From a virus (Duplodnaviria > Caudoviricetes): DNA of 26,417 bases. The translations under genes were made by a program, and so were the position numbers. The notes under the pieces were generated by a model. The model ran no database searches. It saw only the letters and a program-made list of their open reading frames with translations, and was not told the origin of the DNA. Position 1 is the first letter of the stretch; the number at the start of each line of letters is the position of its first letter. Below are positions 5,687 to 16,281 of the stretch, in pieces. The stretch is from the IMG/VR virus record IMGVR_UViG_3300017909_000948, positions 1 to 26,417 of that record; one strand, given 5' to 3'.

Positions 5687-8674
5687 ATGGCAACTAATGA
5701 CAAAAAAATATCGAACCTCGTTACTCGACAGTTGCCTGAATTTGTTCAGTCACAAAGTCCAGCCCTTTTAGAGTTTGTAAAAAAGTATTACACTTTAATG
5801 GAAAGTGCTCAGATCAATCTGAGCAATGTAGGTGAGATTAATCAAATCAGATTAGAAACTGCTGATGTTTCATTTGTACAGTTAGATGGTACAGATGAGT
5901 TTGGTAGTGATGCTACAGATTATATTGTAGATGAACAATCAGCAAAAGGTGAGTTTACAAATGGTGAAACTATCACTGGTGCAACGTCTGGTCAAACTGC
6001 AACTATTCTAATTGAAGATGCTGACAACAATAAACTTTATGTAACAGCCAATACAAAATTTATCACTGGTGAAACTATCACTGGTAGCACATCAGGTGCA
6101 ACTGCAACTATACAAAAGTATAGAGCAAATCCTGTAGAAAACATCACACAACTATTAGAATATACAGATGTCAATCAAACGTTAGATGACTTCTTTGTAG
6201 AATTTAAAAAAACTTTTCTTAATACTATACCAGATAACTTAGCATCAGGTCTAAACAAAAGACAGATCGCAACACGTATTGGTGAACTGTATGCTAGAAA
6301 AGGAACTGTCGATGGACACAAAGCATTCTTTAGATTATTGTTCGGTGAAGAAGCTGAAGTATATTTACCAACGAGAGATTTGTTACGTGTATCTGATGGT
6401 GATTGGGGTACAAAGAAAATAATTAAAGTTGTATTAAGAACACCAACAACTGCTGATACATCTAACTTACTTAATCAAACAATTACACAAACAAATAAAG
6501 TTGGAAATGATTTTGTTAATACCGCAACTGCAATTGTAAATGGTGTTAACAAAGAAAGAATTAATGGTACTGAGGTAACAACTTTATTCTTAGAAGAAGA
6601 TAGTATTATTGGTGACTTTAGATTTTACGATGAAGAAGAAGAACTACTTTTAGAAACTGGTGACTTCATATTACTAGAAGATGGTAATAAGATAAACCAA
6701 GAAACAAACTTACCACAAGAGAATGAAGTATTCATCACTGGTGTTGACAATACTAATCCTGAAGTATTAATACAATGTGTTGTGCATCCAAGTATTGATC
6801 AAGTAACTGTAACAGATCGTGGTGCTTATTATTCTGCAAACGATAGTATTACATTTACAGCTGAAGGTGCAGGTAAACGTGGTACATTACAAATTGAAGA
6901 AGTATCTAAGTCTGGTATTGCTGAAGTTAAAGTAGATGCTGGTGGTAGTGGATATGCTATTGGTGATGCGATTGTTCCAGACAATACAGGCACAGAGGGT
7001 TCTGGTTTCACAGCTGAAGTCAGAGTGGTCAATGGTGGATTTACAATTGAGACTGAAGATAGAACAGGATTCCAATTGATAGATGAAGATGGTGGTATCC
7101 TAATTATGGAACCTGCAACCAATAGTAATCTAAATGACATAACAGATATTAAAGTTACAAATCAAGGTGGTGGTTATGCTTCACTACCTACGTTATCAAT
7201 TACATCTAGTGGTACTGGTGCTGATATATTTCCAAGTGATACAAGAATAGGTCAGATACTAGAAGCAAAAGTTTTAGATCATGGTTTCAATTACCAGATC
7301 ATACCTACTGTTAACGTTCCAACAAACATGCAGATAGAAGATGCGTCTGATTCGTTTACTGTTGGCGAAACAGTTACAATGAATACCAAAGATGGAATTA
7401 CAGATGAACCGTTTGAAGTTTATGATTTTGGTACAGTCTCATTAGAAGAATTTAAACCTGCACAGTATAGATTAGAAGATGCAACACCTGGTGGACCTGG
7501 CGGAATACAAATGGAAGATGAAACACAAGATTTCCAAGATGAAGTTGAATTATCTATCCTTGATGATAGACCAGGTAAAGATGTTGTAAGAGATGACCAC
7601 ATTAACTTTATGGTTAGAGAGAATCCAGAGAACCAAAGAATTATTTTAGACGATGTAAAACTGGTAGACCAAGATTCTATTATTGTATTAGAAGATGGTA
7701 ATAAACTTTTAATTGAAGACCAAAGTACTATAACTGCTACAGTTGTAAGTTACGATGGCAATACAAACTTATTGAAATTAACAGATGTAACTGGTGGTGA
7801 GTTTATTAAAGGTGGAACGATTACTGGTGGCACATCTGGTACAACTGCAAAAATTGTTACAGACAGTACAGCTCAGATATCAACTACTATTGGTGGTATC
7901 GTTACAACAAGTGGTGAGTACTCAGGTGTTAAAGGACAAGTATCAGAATCAACTAAGAAAATACAAGACAGTGATTACTGGCAAGATTACTCTTATGTAA
8001 TTAAAGTTGGTGAATCATTAAAAGTTTGGAAAGATGACTTCAAACGAACTATGCACCCAGCAGGTTTCAACTTCTTTGGTGAAGTAACTATTGCTACACA
8101 AGTTAGTGCTAAAATGAAAACAGGATTTACATTATCTAGTGGTGCTGTTGAGGCAGACGAAGTTGTCGAATTATTCTCACTTATCTTCTCTGAGAAAATT
8201 GGTAGAAGACTTGGTACAGATACAGACGGTACAAGTCTCAACTCTAATCCTACATTAGGTATTGAGGGTAGTGCATCATTTGACGCAAACACAAGAGATG
8301 TTACATTAACAAGTGAATATACACTTAAAACAGAGCAAGACAAAACACAAACTGTACAAGGGGTTAATGTTAGACAAGGGTTTATCTATGCAGGTCCTAG
8401 ATACAAAACAATTAATAGATTTGCATCTACGGCCTTTCAAAGTACATCGCCACTTAGTGGTATTACAATCGCAACACTAAACAACATCAAAATAAGGGGT
8501 ACGGGTAAAACACCACCAAACGAAGAAACACCAACTTTTGCAACGTTTAATTCAGGACTAAGAACAAACTTTGCAATACCGACAGATACTAGAAAAATTA
8601 TCTTTGGTCAAAACTCATTTGACGAAGATGGAACATCTTTTGATAGTACTAGTGATACGTTTGATGCGGGTTAA
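5687..8674 (+). CDS. gp7: Baseplate wedge initiator gp7-like protein
   Basis: QLPEFV...FVKKYY, LYARKGT...FFRLLFGE, LRVSDGDW, KIQDSDYWQDYSYVIK...MHPAGFNFFG; lies between gp6 and gp8. Confidence 0.85.
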   Translation: MATNDKKISNLVTRQLPEFVQSQSPALLEFVKKYYTLMESAQINLSNVGEINQIRLETADVSFVQLDGTDEFGSDATDYIVDEQSAKGEFTNGETITGATSGQTATILIEDADNNKLYVTANTKFITGETITGSTSGATATIQKYRANPVENITQLLEYTDVNQTLDDFFVEFKKTFLNTIPDNLASGLNKRQIATRIGELYARKGTVDGHKAFFRLLFGEEAEVYLPTRDLLRVSDGDWGTKKIIKVVLRTPTTADTSNLLNQTITQTNKVGNDFVNTATAIVNGVNKERINGTEVTTLFLEEDSIIGDFRFYDEEEELLLETGDFILLEDGNKINQETNLPQENEVFITGVDNTNPEVLIQCVVHPSIDQVTVTDRGAYYSANDSITFTAEGAGKRGTLQIEEVSKSGIAEVKVDAGGSGYAIGDAIVPDNTGTEGSGFTAEVRVVNGGFTIETEDRTGFQLIDEDGGILIMEPATNSNLNDITDIKVTNQGGGYASLPTLSITSSGTGADIFPSDTRIGQILEAKVLDHGFNYQIIPTVNVPTNMQIEDASDSFTVGETVTMNTKDGITDEPFEVYDFGTVSLEEFKPAQYRLEDATPGGPGGIQMEDETQDFQDEVELSILDDRPGKDVVRDDHINFMVRENPENQRIILDDVKLVDQDSIIVLEDGNKLLIEDQSTITATVVSYDGNTNLLKLTDVTGGEFIKGGTITGGTSGTTAKIVTDSTAQISTTIGGIVTTSGEYSGVKGQVSESTKKIQDSDYWQDYSYVIKVGESLKVWKDDFKRTMHPAGFNFFGEVTIATQVSAKMKTGFTLSSGAVEADEVVELFSLIFSEKIGRRLGTDTDGTSLNSNPTLGIEGSASFDANTRDVTLTSEYTLKTEQDKTQTVQGVNVRQGFIYAGPRYKTINRFASTAFQSTSPLSGITIATLNNIKIRGTGKTPPNEETPTFATFNSGLRTNFAIPTDTRKIIFGQNSFDEDGTSFDSTSDTFDAG

Positions 8675-8676
8675 CG

Positions 8677-8684
8677 TATAAATA
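8677..8684 (+). promoter_or_regulatory. T4-type late promoter
   Basis: TATAAATA in the 19-nt intergenic gap. Confidence 0.75.
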
Positions 8685-8693
8685 TTAAGGATT

Positions 8694-9989
8694 ATGGCAA
8701 AACAATCAATCGACATAGGAACTACTGCTAATGACGGAACGGGTACTACGTTACGTGATGGTGGTGATTTAATCAACGATAACTTTAACGAAATCTACAG
8801 TAAGTTAGGTGGTGGTTCAAGTTTATATTCTTTAACTTTTCCAAATGCGACTGATACTGTCGTTGGAAGAGCAACTACTGATACGTTAACAAACAAAACG
8901 ATTAATGGTTCAAACAATACTATCTCAAACATTGCAAACAGTTCACTAGCAAATTCAACTATTACATTTGCAGCTGACAGTGGTTCTGACAGTGCATCTT
9001 TGGGTGAGACAGTTACGATTGCGGGTGGTACAGGTTTAACAACAGCTGGTACGTCAAATACTGTTACAGTAAATATTGATTCCACAGTGGCAACACTGAC
9101 AGGTTCACAAGAATTAACAAACAAAACTATTACATCTGGTGTTTTCAATACAGGAGTTTCTGGTACTGCAATTAAAGACGAAGATGACATGACTAGTGAT
9201 AGTGCTACTCATCTAGCAACTCAACAATCAATTAAAGCATATGTTGATTCACAAACTACAGCAACATCAATCACGTTTGCAGGTGATAGTGGTTCACATG
9301 CAATTGTTAATGGAGAAACAGTAACAATCGCAGGTACATCAAACGAGATTGAAACATCACAATCAAGTAATACTTTAACAATTGGTTTACCAGACGATGT
9401 AACAATTGGACAAGATTTAACAGTTACTAGAAATGCTACAATCACAGGTAACTTAACAGTTAACGGTGCAACTACAACTGTATCATCTACAAACACAACA
9501 GTTTCAGATAATCTATTCGAACTAAACTCAGGTGCAGCTTCTAACGCTAATGATGTTGGTATTCTAATCGAAAGAGGTTCAACTGGTGATAATGCAATCT
9601 TCATGTGGGATGAATCAGCAGACAGATTTACATTAGGTACAACAACAGCAACTGCATCCGATACAGGTAACTTAACAATTACTACAGGTGAGTTGGTTGC
9701 AAACATTAATGGTTCTAACTCAACTATAACTAACGTACCAAATTCAGCACTAGCAGGTTCTGGTGCAATAACTTTTGCAGGCGATAGTGGTTCAGACAGT
9801 GCGGCCCTAGGAGAAACTGTAACAGTTGCAGGTGGTCAATCGATCACAACTACAGGAACATCAAATACAATCACTGTTGCTGTGACTGCAGGTAGTATAA
9901 GATCAACAGAATTAGCCAGTGCGTCTACTTTATTGATTAAAGATTCGTCTGGAACAACGCTTAAGACCGTGATAGGAGCCGGAGTATAA
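8694..9989 (+). CDS. Baseplate-anchored fibre protein with gp9/gp10-type N-terminus
   Basis: N-terminal KQSIDIGTTANDGTGTTLRDGGDLINDNFNEIY (T4 gp9/gp10 motif); Thr/Ser/Gly-rich body with three ITFAxDSGS...GETVT repeats (about 8961, 9270, 9768). Confidence 0.8.
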   Translation: MAKQSIDIGTTANDGTGTTLRDGGDLINDNFNEIYSKLGGGSSLYSLTFPNATDTVVGRATTDTLTNKTINGSNNTISNIANSSLANSTITFAADSGSDSASLGETVTIAGGTGLTTAGTSNTVTVNIDSTVATLTGSQELTNKTITSGVFNTGVSGTAIKDEDDMTSDSATHLATQQSIKAYVDSQTTATSITFAGDSGSHAIVNGETVTIAGTSNEIETSQSSNTLTIGLPDDVTIGQDLTVTRNATITGNLTVNGATTTVSSTNTTVSDNLFELNSGAASNANDVGILIERGSTGDNAIFMWDESADRFTLGTTTATASDTGNLTITTGELVANINGSNSTITNVPNSALAGSGAITFAGDSGSDSAALGETVTVAGGQSITTTGTSNTITVAVTAGSIRSTELASASTLLIKDSSGTTLKTVIGAGV

Positions 9990-9993
9990 GTCG

Positions 9994-10001
9994 TATAAAT
10001 A
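9994..10001 (+). promoter_or_regulatory. T4-type late promoter
   Basis: TATAAATA upstream of gp8. Confidence 0.75.
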
Positions 10002-10020
10002 TAAGAAAGAGATATAAATT

Positions 10021-11409
10021 ATGCCAGCAATTATAACAAACAAATTCAGAGTACACAACGCCGAACAGTTCAAAGAAAGTTTTGGTGAAGCTGCTGATAC
10101 TTATTACTTAGGTATTGGTAGACCACAAGCATTCGTTGACAATCAGGCGTTTAATGATGGTACAGATACAAACCCACCAACACCAAATGATGACATTGGA
10201 TCAGAGTTCTACAACTATGATGATATGTTATCTGCTAAGAAGATTGCAAGTACAGACGTTACTATTGCAATTCCTAGAAGAAACTGGACAACAGGTACAG
10301 TATACGATTACTACAGACACGACTACGGAAACATCAACACAGCTGGCACTGCGATAACTTCCGATAGTGGTGCATCTAATTTATTCGATGCTACTTTCTA
10401 TGTAATGAATAGTACGTTTGACGTATACAAATGTATTGATAACAATGGTGGTGCGGCTTCAACATCTGAACCAACTGGTAATAAATCAACTAGTGTATTC
10501 AGTACAGCAGATAGTTACAAATGGAAATACATGTATTCACTAACTGCTGACGAACAAACAAATTTCTTATCTACAGATTTCATGCACGTATCAACTGAGA
10601 GCACAGACTACTCTACTACAGCTGGTGCAATCGAAAATGTAAAAATTACAGCTGCAGGTACAGGTGGTTCAAACGCAACATATACAGGCGTTGCAATTAG
10701 AGGTGACGGATCAAGTGGTACTGCTACAGTCACAGTATCAGGTGGTGCCGTAACTGCTGTAACAATAACAGCTGCAGGATCAGGTTATACATTTGCAAGT
10801 ATTCTTGCTAGTGATATTGGTAACGTATCTGGTGCTGACCTAGACTTTATTATTTCACCAGAGGGTGGACATGCTTCAGACGTTGTAAAAGAACTTGGTG
10901 GATTCTATGTAATGTTAAATGTTAACTTAACACAAGCTGAAGGTTCTGGTGACTTTAATACATCAAACGATTTTAGAAGAATTGTATTAATGAGAAATCC
11001 AACTGATAGTACAACAAGTGCTACAGCAACAGCATCTACTTTAGATGCTACTAAATCAATTACTTTCACTGGTACGCCAGGTAGTTTCCAAGCTGATGAA
11101 AAGATTACTCAATCATCATCTGGTGCTGTAGGTTATGTAATTGATTATAACTCAACAACAAAAGTTTTAAGATATATTCAACCACAGTTTACTAATCAAG
11201 GTATTGATTCAAATGAAAACTTAACAGCATTTACAGGTAGTGATACTGTAACTGGTGCTACTTCAGGTGCAACAGGTACACCAACTTCACATGACGTAAC
11301 TCCTGAGTTAGTTGCAGACAGTGGTGATATACTTTACGTAGAGAACAGAAAACCAATTTCAAGAGCAGCAGACCAAACAGAAAATATCAAGCTAATTGTG
11401 GAGTTCTAA
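10021..11409 (+). CDS. gp8: Baseplate wedge subunit gp8
   Basis: MPAIITNKFRVHNAEQF, IPRRNWTTGTVYDYY, VYKCIDNN, YKWKYMY, SGDILYVENRKPISRAADQTENIKLIVEF. Confidence 0.93.
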   Translation: MPAIITNKFRVHNAEQFKESFGEAADTYYLGIGRPQAFVDNQAFNDGTDTNPPTPNDDIGSEFYNYDDMLSAKKIASTDVTIAIPRRNWTTGTVYDYYRHDYGNINTAGTAITSDSGASNLFDATFYVMNSTFDVYKCIDNNGGAASTSEPTGNKSTSVFSTADSYKWKYMYSLTADEQTNFLSTDFMHVSTESTDYSTTAGAIENVKITAAGTGGSNATYTGVAIRGDGSSGTATVTVSGGAVTAVTITAAGSGYTFASILASDIGNVSGADLDFIISPEGGHASDVVKELGGFYVMLNVNLTQAEGSGDFNTSNDFRRIVLMRNPTDSTTSATATASTLDATKSITFTGTPGSFQADEKITQSSSGAVGYVIDYNSTTKVLRYIQPQFTNQGIDSNENLTAFTGSDTVTGATSGATGTPTSHDVTPELVADSGDILYVENRKPISRAADQTENIKLIVEF

Positions 11410-11415
11410 TAAATC

Positions 11416-14400
11416 ATGGCAACCAACTTTAACGTCACTCCATACTATGACGACTTCGATGCCACTAAAAATTTTCATCGAGTTTTATTTCGTCCTGGTT
11501 ATGCTATTCAAGCAAGAGAGTTAACACAACTTCAAACTATCTTACAAAACCAAGTTACTCAATTTGGTAATCATATATTTAAAGATGGTTCACAAGTTAT
11601 CCCTGGTGAGGTCACATATACGTCTTATTATGAATATGTAAAACTTTCTGCTTTTTCAACTACAAATGTTTCAGACTTAGTTGGTCAAACACTTACAGGT
11701 GCAACGAATGGCGTTCAGGCTGAAGTAGTAAACTCAACTGCAGCTACAGAAACATCAGCTGCAACAATCTATGTAATTTACAAGAAGACAGGTTCAAACA
11801 ATACTAAGAGAAGATTTGCTGATGGTGAATCCCTAACAGGTTCAGGTTCTATTACTGCAACTGTTGGTGTTTCAGGCACAGCATTACCAGTTGATACAAA
11901 CGCAACTGGTTCTGGTTCTGCTGTAAATGTACAAGCTGGTATTTACTATGTCAATGGTTTCTTTGTAAGAAATGATGAAGAAACTTTAATCTTAGATCCG
12001 TACACTGTAACACCTAGTTATAGAGTTGGATTTACTATTACTGAAAGTTTTGTTACACCATCAGACGATACAAGTTTAAATGATAATGCAACTGGTACAT
12101 CAAACGCAAACGCACCAGGTGCTCATAGATTTAAGATTGCATTAACACTAGCAAAAAAAGAATTAACTGCTACAGACGATGATAACTTTGTTGACTTATT
12201 AAAAGTCGAAGGTGGTGTTGTAGAAAGTAAAGTAGAAAAAACAGATTACAATATTTTAGAAGATACACTAGCTAGAAGAACATATGACGAATCTGGTGAC
12301 TACTCTGTAAAAGCATTTGACATTGATATTAGAGAACACTACTTTGCTGACGGTGATGCAAAGTATGGTAGAGGTATTTACAGAGCAGATACAGATTCAG
12401 GTGTAACATATTACGAAGCACAATACTCTGCTGATGAATCCAAAGCAAGACTTGCTGTTGGTATGGGTGCAGGTAAAGCTTATGTAAAAGGTTATGGTAT
12501 CAATACAGTTGCAACTCAATATGTAACTATAGACAAAGCAAGAGATTTTGATAGTTCAAATAACACAACTACAAATGCACCGATTGGTAACTATGTACAA
12601 GTAACAAATATTTTTGGTACACCAGATATTGGATTTGTAAGTGGTGAAACAAACGCATTTAAAAAAGTTAGATTATATAAATCTGCAACTTCAAGCAGAG
12701 GTACAGCAAACATAGGTTCTGGTGCTAGTCAAAACTTAATTGGTGTTGCAAACGCAAGATTCTTTAATTACAGTTCAGGCACAGTTGGTGCATCATCAAG
12801 TAACACAACTTCGATTTACGATTTAGGTTTATTTAATATCTCTACGTTCACGCACGTAGCAACAACAGGTTCTGTAACAATCGCTGTTGGTGATACACTA
12901 ACAGGTGGCACTTCAGGTGCAACTGGTATTATTGAAAAAGATAGTGACGGTGCTGGTCTATTCATTCTATCAAATGTAAAAGGTACTTTTGTTGCTGGCG
13001 AAACAGTAACAGACGAATCAAGTAACTCTGGTACAGTGGCATCAAACGGTGTAACAACTTTTGAATTAGCTAATACAAAACAAATTGCAATCATGTCTGA
13101 TATTACAGACGACAGTTCGACTGTTTCATTTACTGCTGATACAGTTCTTACAAGTGATTCAACTGATCCTTTCGATTCATCACAAACAACATTGACTGGT
13201 ACAATTAGTGTTGCAAATAGTGCTACTGCTGTCAAAGGTAAAGGAACAAAATTCACAACTGAATTATTAGTTGGTGATGTAATTAAATTTAACGATGATA
13301 CTGGTGAAGAATTAACTGCAACAGTATCAGCAATCACAGACGATACAGCATTAACTATTGCTTCTGCTGTAGGTGCAGCTGATGTAACTACATCATCACC
13401 ATTCGAAAGAAGACGTGTAAGACTTTACAAAGCTGGAGATAACTCATTAGTATTCCCACTACCTGCAAAAACTGTTAAGACATTAAAAACAGCAGACAAC
13501 AACGCATTAACTGATACTACATTTACAGTAAGAAGACAGTTCGTTAAAACACTTAACGGTTCTGGTGTTGCAGCTTTCGATGCAGGTGCGAACGAAACAT
13601 TTGACAGTTATGCTGATGGTGATTATACATTGTCAATTATGTCAATGGGTTCTGGTGGAACAGGTGCCGCTGGTGATATCATTGACATCGATGGTTCCAC
13701 AACATTTACAGGTTCACCAACTGCAGCTAGACAGTTAACAATTACTTTAGGTTCAGGTTACGCTGGTCACAAAGTTAAACTACTTGCAACTATTACAAAA
13801 GCCGTTGCAGGTGAAAAAACTAAAACTTTAAACTCAGCACAAACACTACAAATTAGTACAGAAGCAAACGCACAAGAAGCTAGAATCTCACTTGGTAAAG
13901 CAGATATCTTTAAACTTAATTCTGTATACATGGCAGCTGACTTTAGTACAGATGCAACAACAAGTGATGAAGATGTAACAAGCAGATTTACTTTAGATAA
14001 TGGTCAAAGAGATAGTTTCTATGACATTGGTGCAATCGTTTTAAAACCAGGTCAAACAGTTCCAACTGGTAGACTATTAATCAACTTTGATTTCTTCTCT
14101 CACAGTTCTGGTGATTACTTCTCAGTAGATAGTTACTCTGGTGCTACTGACTATGATGCAATTCCAAGTTTCCAATCACCACTTAAAGGTAAATTAGAAT
14201 TAAGAGATTGTGTTGACTTTAGACCTAGAGTTGGAGATGATGATTTTGCTGGTTATGGTGGTGCAACACAAACAGTTTCAACATTCTTTGATAACGTACA
14301 GACTAACGGACCAAACACTGGTGCTGTTCCTGTAGACTTAATCAAACCTGGTTCAGACTTTAGATGTGATTTAGAATTTTACTTATCACGTATTGACGGA

Positions 14401-16281
14401 ATTTATTTAACTAAACAAGGACAGTTTAAACAAGCAAGAGGTTCATCAGCAATCGATCCACAAAGACCTGACAAGATGGACGATGCGATGTTACTATACT
14501 ATTTAAAACTTCCTGCATATACATTTAATACTAGCGATGTAACTGTCGTACCTATTGACAATAGAAGATATACTATGAGAGATATTGGTCTATTGAATAG
14601 AAGAATAGAAAACTTAGAATACTATACTCAGTTATCATTGTTAGAACAAACTGCATTAAACACACAGGTACAAGATGCAAATGGTTTAGACAGATTTAAA
14701 AATGGTTTTGTTGTAGATACATTTAAAGGTCACAACGTTGGTGCTACAACTTCTTTAGATTATCAATGTGCAATGGACATGGATGAAGGTGTAGTAAGAC
14801 CATTGTGTGCAACTGAACAAGTTAAGTTAGTAGAAAAAAATACAACTGATACACAAAGAACAAATAGTGCATATCAAAAAACAGGTGATCTAATTACACT
14901 ACCTTATAGTGAGGAAGTGTTTGTAGAAAATCTAAATGCATCAAAAAGTGTAAATGTAAATCCATTCAGAGTTGCGACATATGTTGGTCACTTAACATTG
15001 TCACCAGACTTAGACGAATGGAAAGATACTAAAACAAGACCTGATCTTGTTATCAATAACGAATTACTTTACAATGCTGTAAAAGATCAGCCTAATCAAA
15101 AATTAGCAACTGGTACAGTATGGAATGAATGGCAAAACAACTGGACAGGTACTTACAAAGAAGTTACTGAATCTGGTTCAAGCGAAACAACTACAATCGG
15201 TAGAACTGGTACTGCAAAAAGAACAGGTATCAAAAAGACTAGAGGCACAAAAGTTGTTAAACAATCATTTGGTGAGAAGATCGTTGATATCGCATACGCA
15301 CCATTTATTAGAAAGAATACAATTACATTTACAGCAAAAGGTTTAAAACCAAATACAAGAATGTATCCGTTCTTTGAAGAAATTGATGTAAGTGCTTACT
15401 GTACACCATCAGGTGGATCATTAGGTGGCAACTTAGTTGCTGATGCTAATGGTGACTTGACAGGTACGTTTGCATTACCATCACCATCGATCAGTGGAAA
15501 TCCAAAGTGGAGAACAGGTGAAAGAACATTTACATTAACATCAACTGCTGAGTTTTATAAAAACGAAAGTAGAACAGAATCATTTGCAATCGCAACTTAT
15601 GTAGCAAAAGGTTTACAAGTAACTGAAGAAGAATCAATCTATGCAACAAGAGTTCCTGCGATTATTGAAACAACAGTTTCAGAAACTAAATCTATCAAAG
15701 ATGTAACATCATCAACCAGTAGATATCTAAATCCTTCTTACTCATCAGCGAATAGAAGTGATAATGATAGAGACAATGATAGAGATACAGACAGAGATGG
15801 TGTACTTGACAAATACGATGCTGATCCATATGATAAATCAGTACAAACTAGAAGTCAATACAATGCAAAAAGAGCTGCCGAAAGACGAGACAGAGCGAAA
15901 ACTGGTGGTGGTAATGGTAATAACTCAGGTGGCAGAATTATCTGTACTTGGTTAACTTCACAAGGACTAATGGATCAAAATGATCTTGCAATCGATCTAC
16001 AGTTTACAAATGATCATATTGCAATGAGAACAAGAGTTGGTTATTGGACATGGGCATACCCTCTAGTTGAGTGGATGGATAAAAATAAAGATAGTAAATC
16101 AGTGAGTGTAATACGTTATCTTGCACAGGCTCGTGCTAACGAGATTAAATATCAAGTTGGTAAAGCAACTAAACCAGACTACGTAGGTAAAGCTGTGAGA
16201 ATGATCGGTGAACCTATTTGTTCATTACTTGGTTTAGGTATTGAGTTGAAAGAGAAACTATTACAGAGAGGAACAAACTAA
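11416..16281 (+). CDS. Large virion structural protein, VrlC/DUF4815-like, N-terminal part with appended C-terminal domain
   Basis: NFNVTPYYDDFD...HRVLFRPGYAIQARELTQLQTILQNQ, APGAHRFKI, LARRTYDESGDY, RRYTMRDIG...RIENLEYYT, DRFKNGFVVDTF; position after gp8. Confidence 0.88.
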   Translation: MATNFNVTPYYDDFDATKNFHRVLFRPGYAIQARELTQLQTILQNQVTQFGNHIFKDGSQVIPGEVTYTSYYEYVKLSAFSTTNVSDLVGQTLTGATNGVQAEVVNSTAATETSAATIYVIYKKTGSNNTKRRFADGESLTGSGSITATVGVSGTALPVDTNATGSGSAVNVQAGIYYVNGFFVRNDEETLILDPYTVTPSYRVGFTITESFVTPSDDTSLNDNATGTSNANAPGAHRFKIALTLAKKELTATDDDNFVDLLKVEGGVVESKVEKTDYNILEDTLARRTYDESGDYSVKAFDIDIREHYFADGDAKYGRGIYRADTDSGVTYYEAQYSADESKARLAVGMGAGKAYVKGYGINTVATQYVTIDKARDFDSSNNTTTNAPIGNYVQVTNIFGTPDIGFVSGETNAFKKVRLYKSATSSRGTANIGSGASQNLIGVANARFFNYSSGTVGASSSNTTSIYDLGLFNISTFTHVATTGSVTIAVGDTLTGGTSGATGIIEKDSDGAGLFILSNVKGTFVAGETVTDESSNSGTVASNGVTTFELANTKQIAIMSDITDDSSTVSFTADTVLTSDSTDPFDSSQTTLTGTISVANSATAVKGKGTKFTTELLVGDVIKFNDDTGEELTATVSAITDDTALTIASAVGAADVTTSSPFERRRVRLYKAGDNSLVFPLPAKTVKTLKTADNNALTDTTFTVRRQFVKTLNGSGVAAFDAGANETFDSYADGDYTLSIMSMGSGGTGAAGDIIDIDGSTTFTGSPTAARQLTITLGSGYAGHKVKLLATITKAVAGEKTKTLNSAQTLQISTEANAQEARISLGKADIFKLNSVYMAADFSTDATTSDEDVTSRFTLDNGQRDSFYDIGAIVLKPGQTVPTGRLLINFDFFSHSSGDYFSVDSYSGATDYDAIPSFQSPLKGKLELRDCVDFRPRVGDDDFAGYGGATQTVSTFFDNVQTNGPNTGAVPVDLIKPGSDFRCDLEFYLSRIDGIYLTKQGQFKQARGSSAIDPQRPDKMDDAMLLYYLKLPAYTFNTSDVTVVPIDNRRYTMRDIGLLNRRIENLEYYTQLSLLEQTALNTQVQDANGLDRFKNGFVVDTFKGHNVGATTSLDYQCAMDMDEGVVRPLCATEQVKLVEKNTTDTQRTNSAYQKTGDLITLPYSEEVFVENLNASKSVNVNPFRVATYVGHLTLSPDLDEWKDTKTRPDLVINNELLYNAVKDQPNQKLATGTVWNEWQNNWTGTYKEVTESGSSETTTIGRTGTAKRTGIKKTRGTKVVKQSFGEKIVDIAYAPFIRKNTITFTAKGLKPNTRMYPFFEEIDVSAYCTPSGGSLGGNLVADANGDLTGTFALPSPSISGNPKWRTGERTFTLTSTAEFYKNESRTESFAIATYVAKGLQVTEEESIYATRVPAIIETTVSETKSIKDVTSSTSRYLNPSYSSANRSDNDRDNDRDTDRDGVLDKYDADPYDKSVQTRSQYNAKRAAERRDRAKTGGGNGNNSGGRIICTWLTSQGLMDQNDLAIDLQFTNDHIAMRTRVGYWTWAYPLVEWMDKNKDSKSVSVIRYLAQARANEIKYQVGKATKPDYVGKAVRMIGEPICSLLGLGIELKEKLLQRGTN

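Noticed and set aside
5962-6085. Exact 19-bp direct repeat TGGTGAAACTATCACTGGT
   Set aside because: Encodes the GETITG protein repeat found across gp7, gp8 and the VrlC-like protein; two copies only, not a CRISPR array or DGR template/variable pair.
15931-16281. Intein or Hint domain in the VrlC-like protein
   Set aside because: No block B TxxH, no C-terminal HN, no downstream extein in frame; sequence looks helical.
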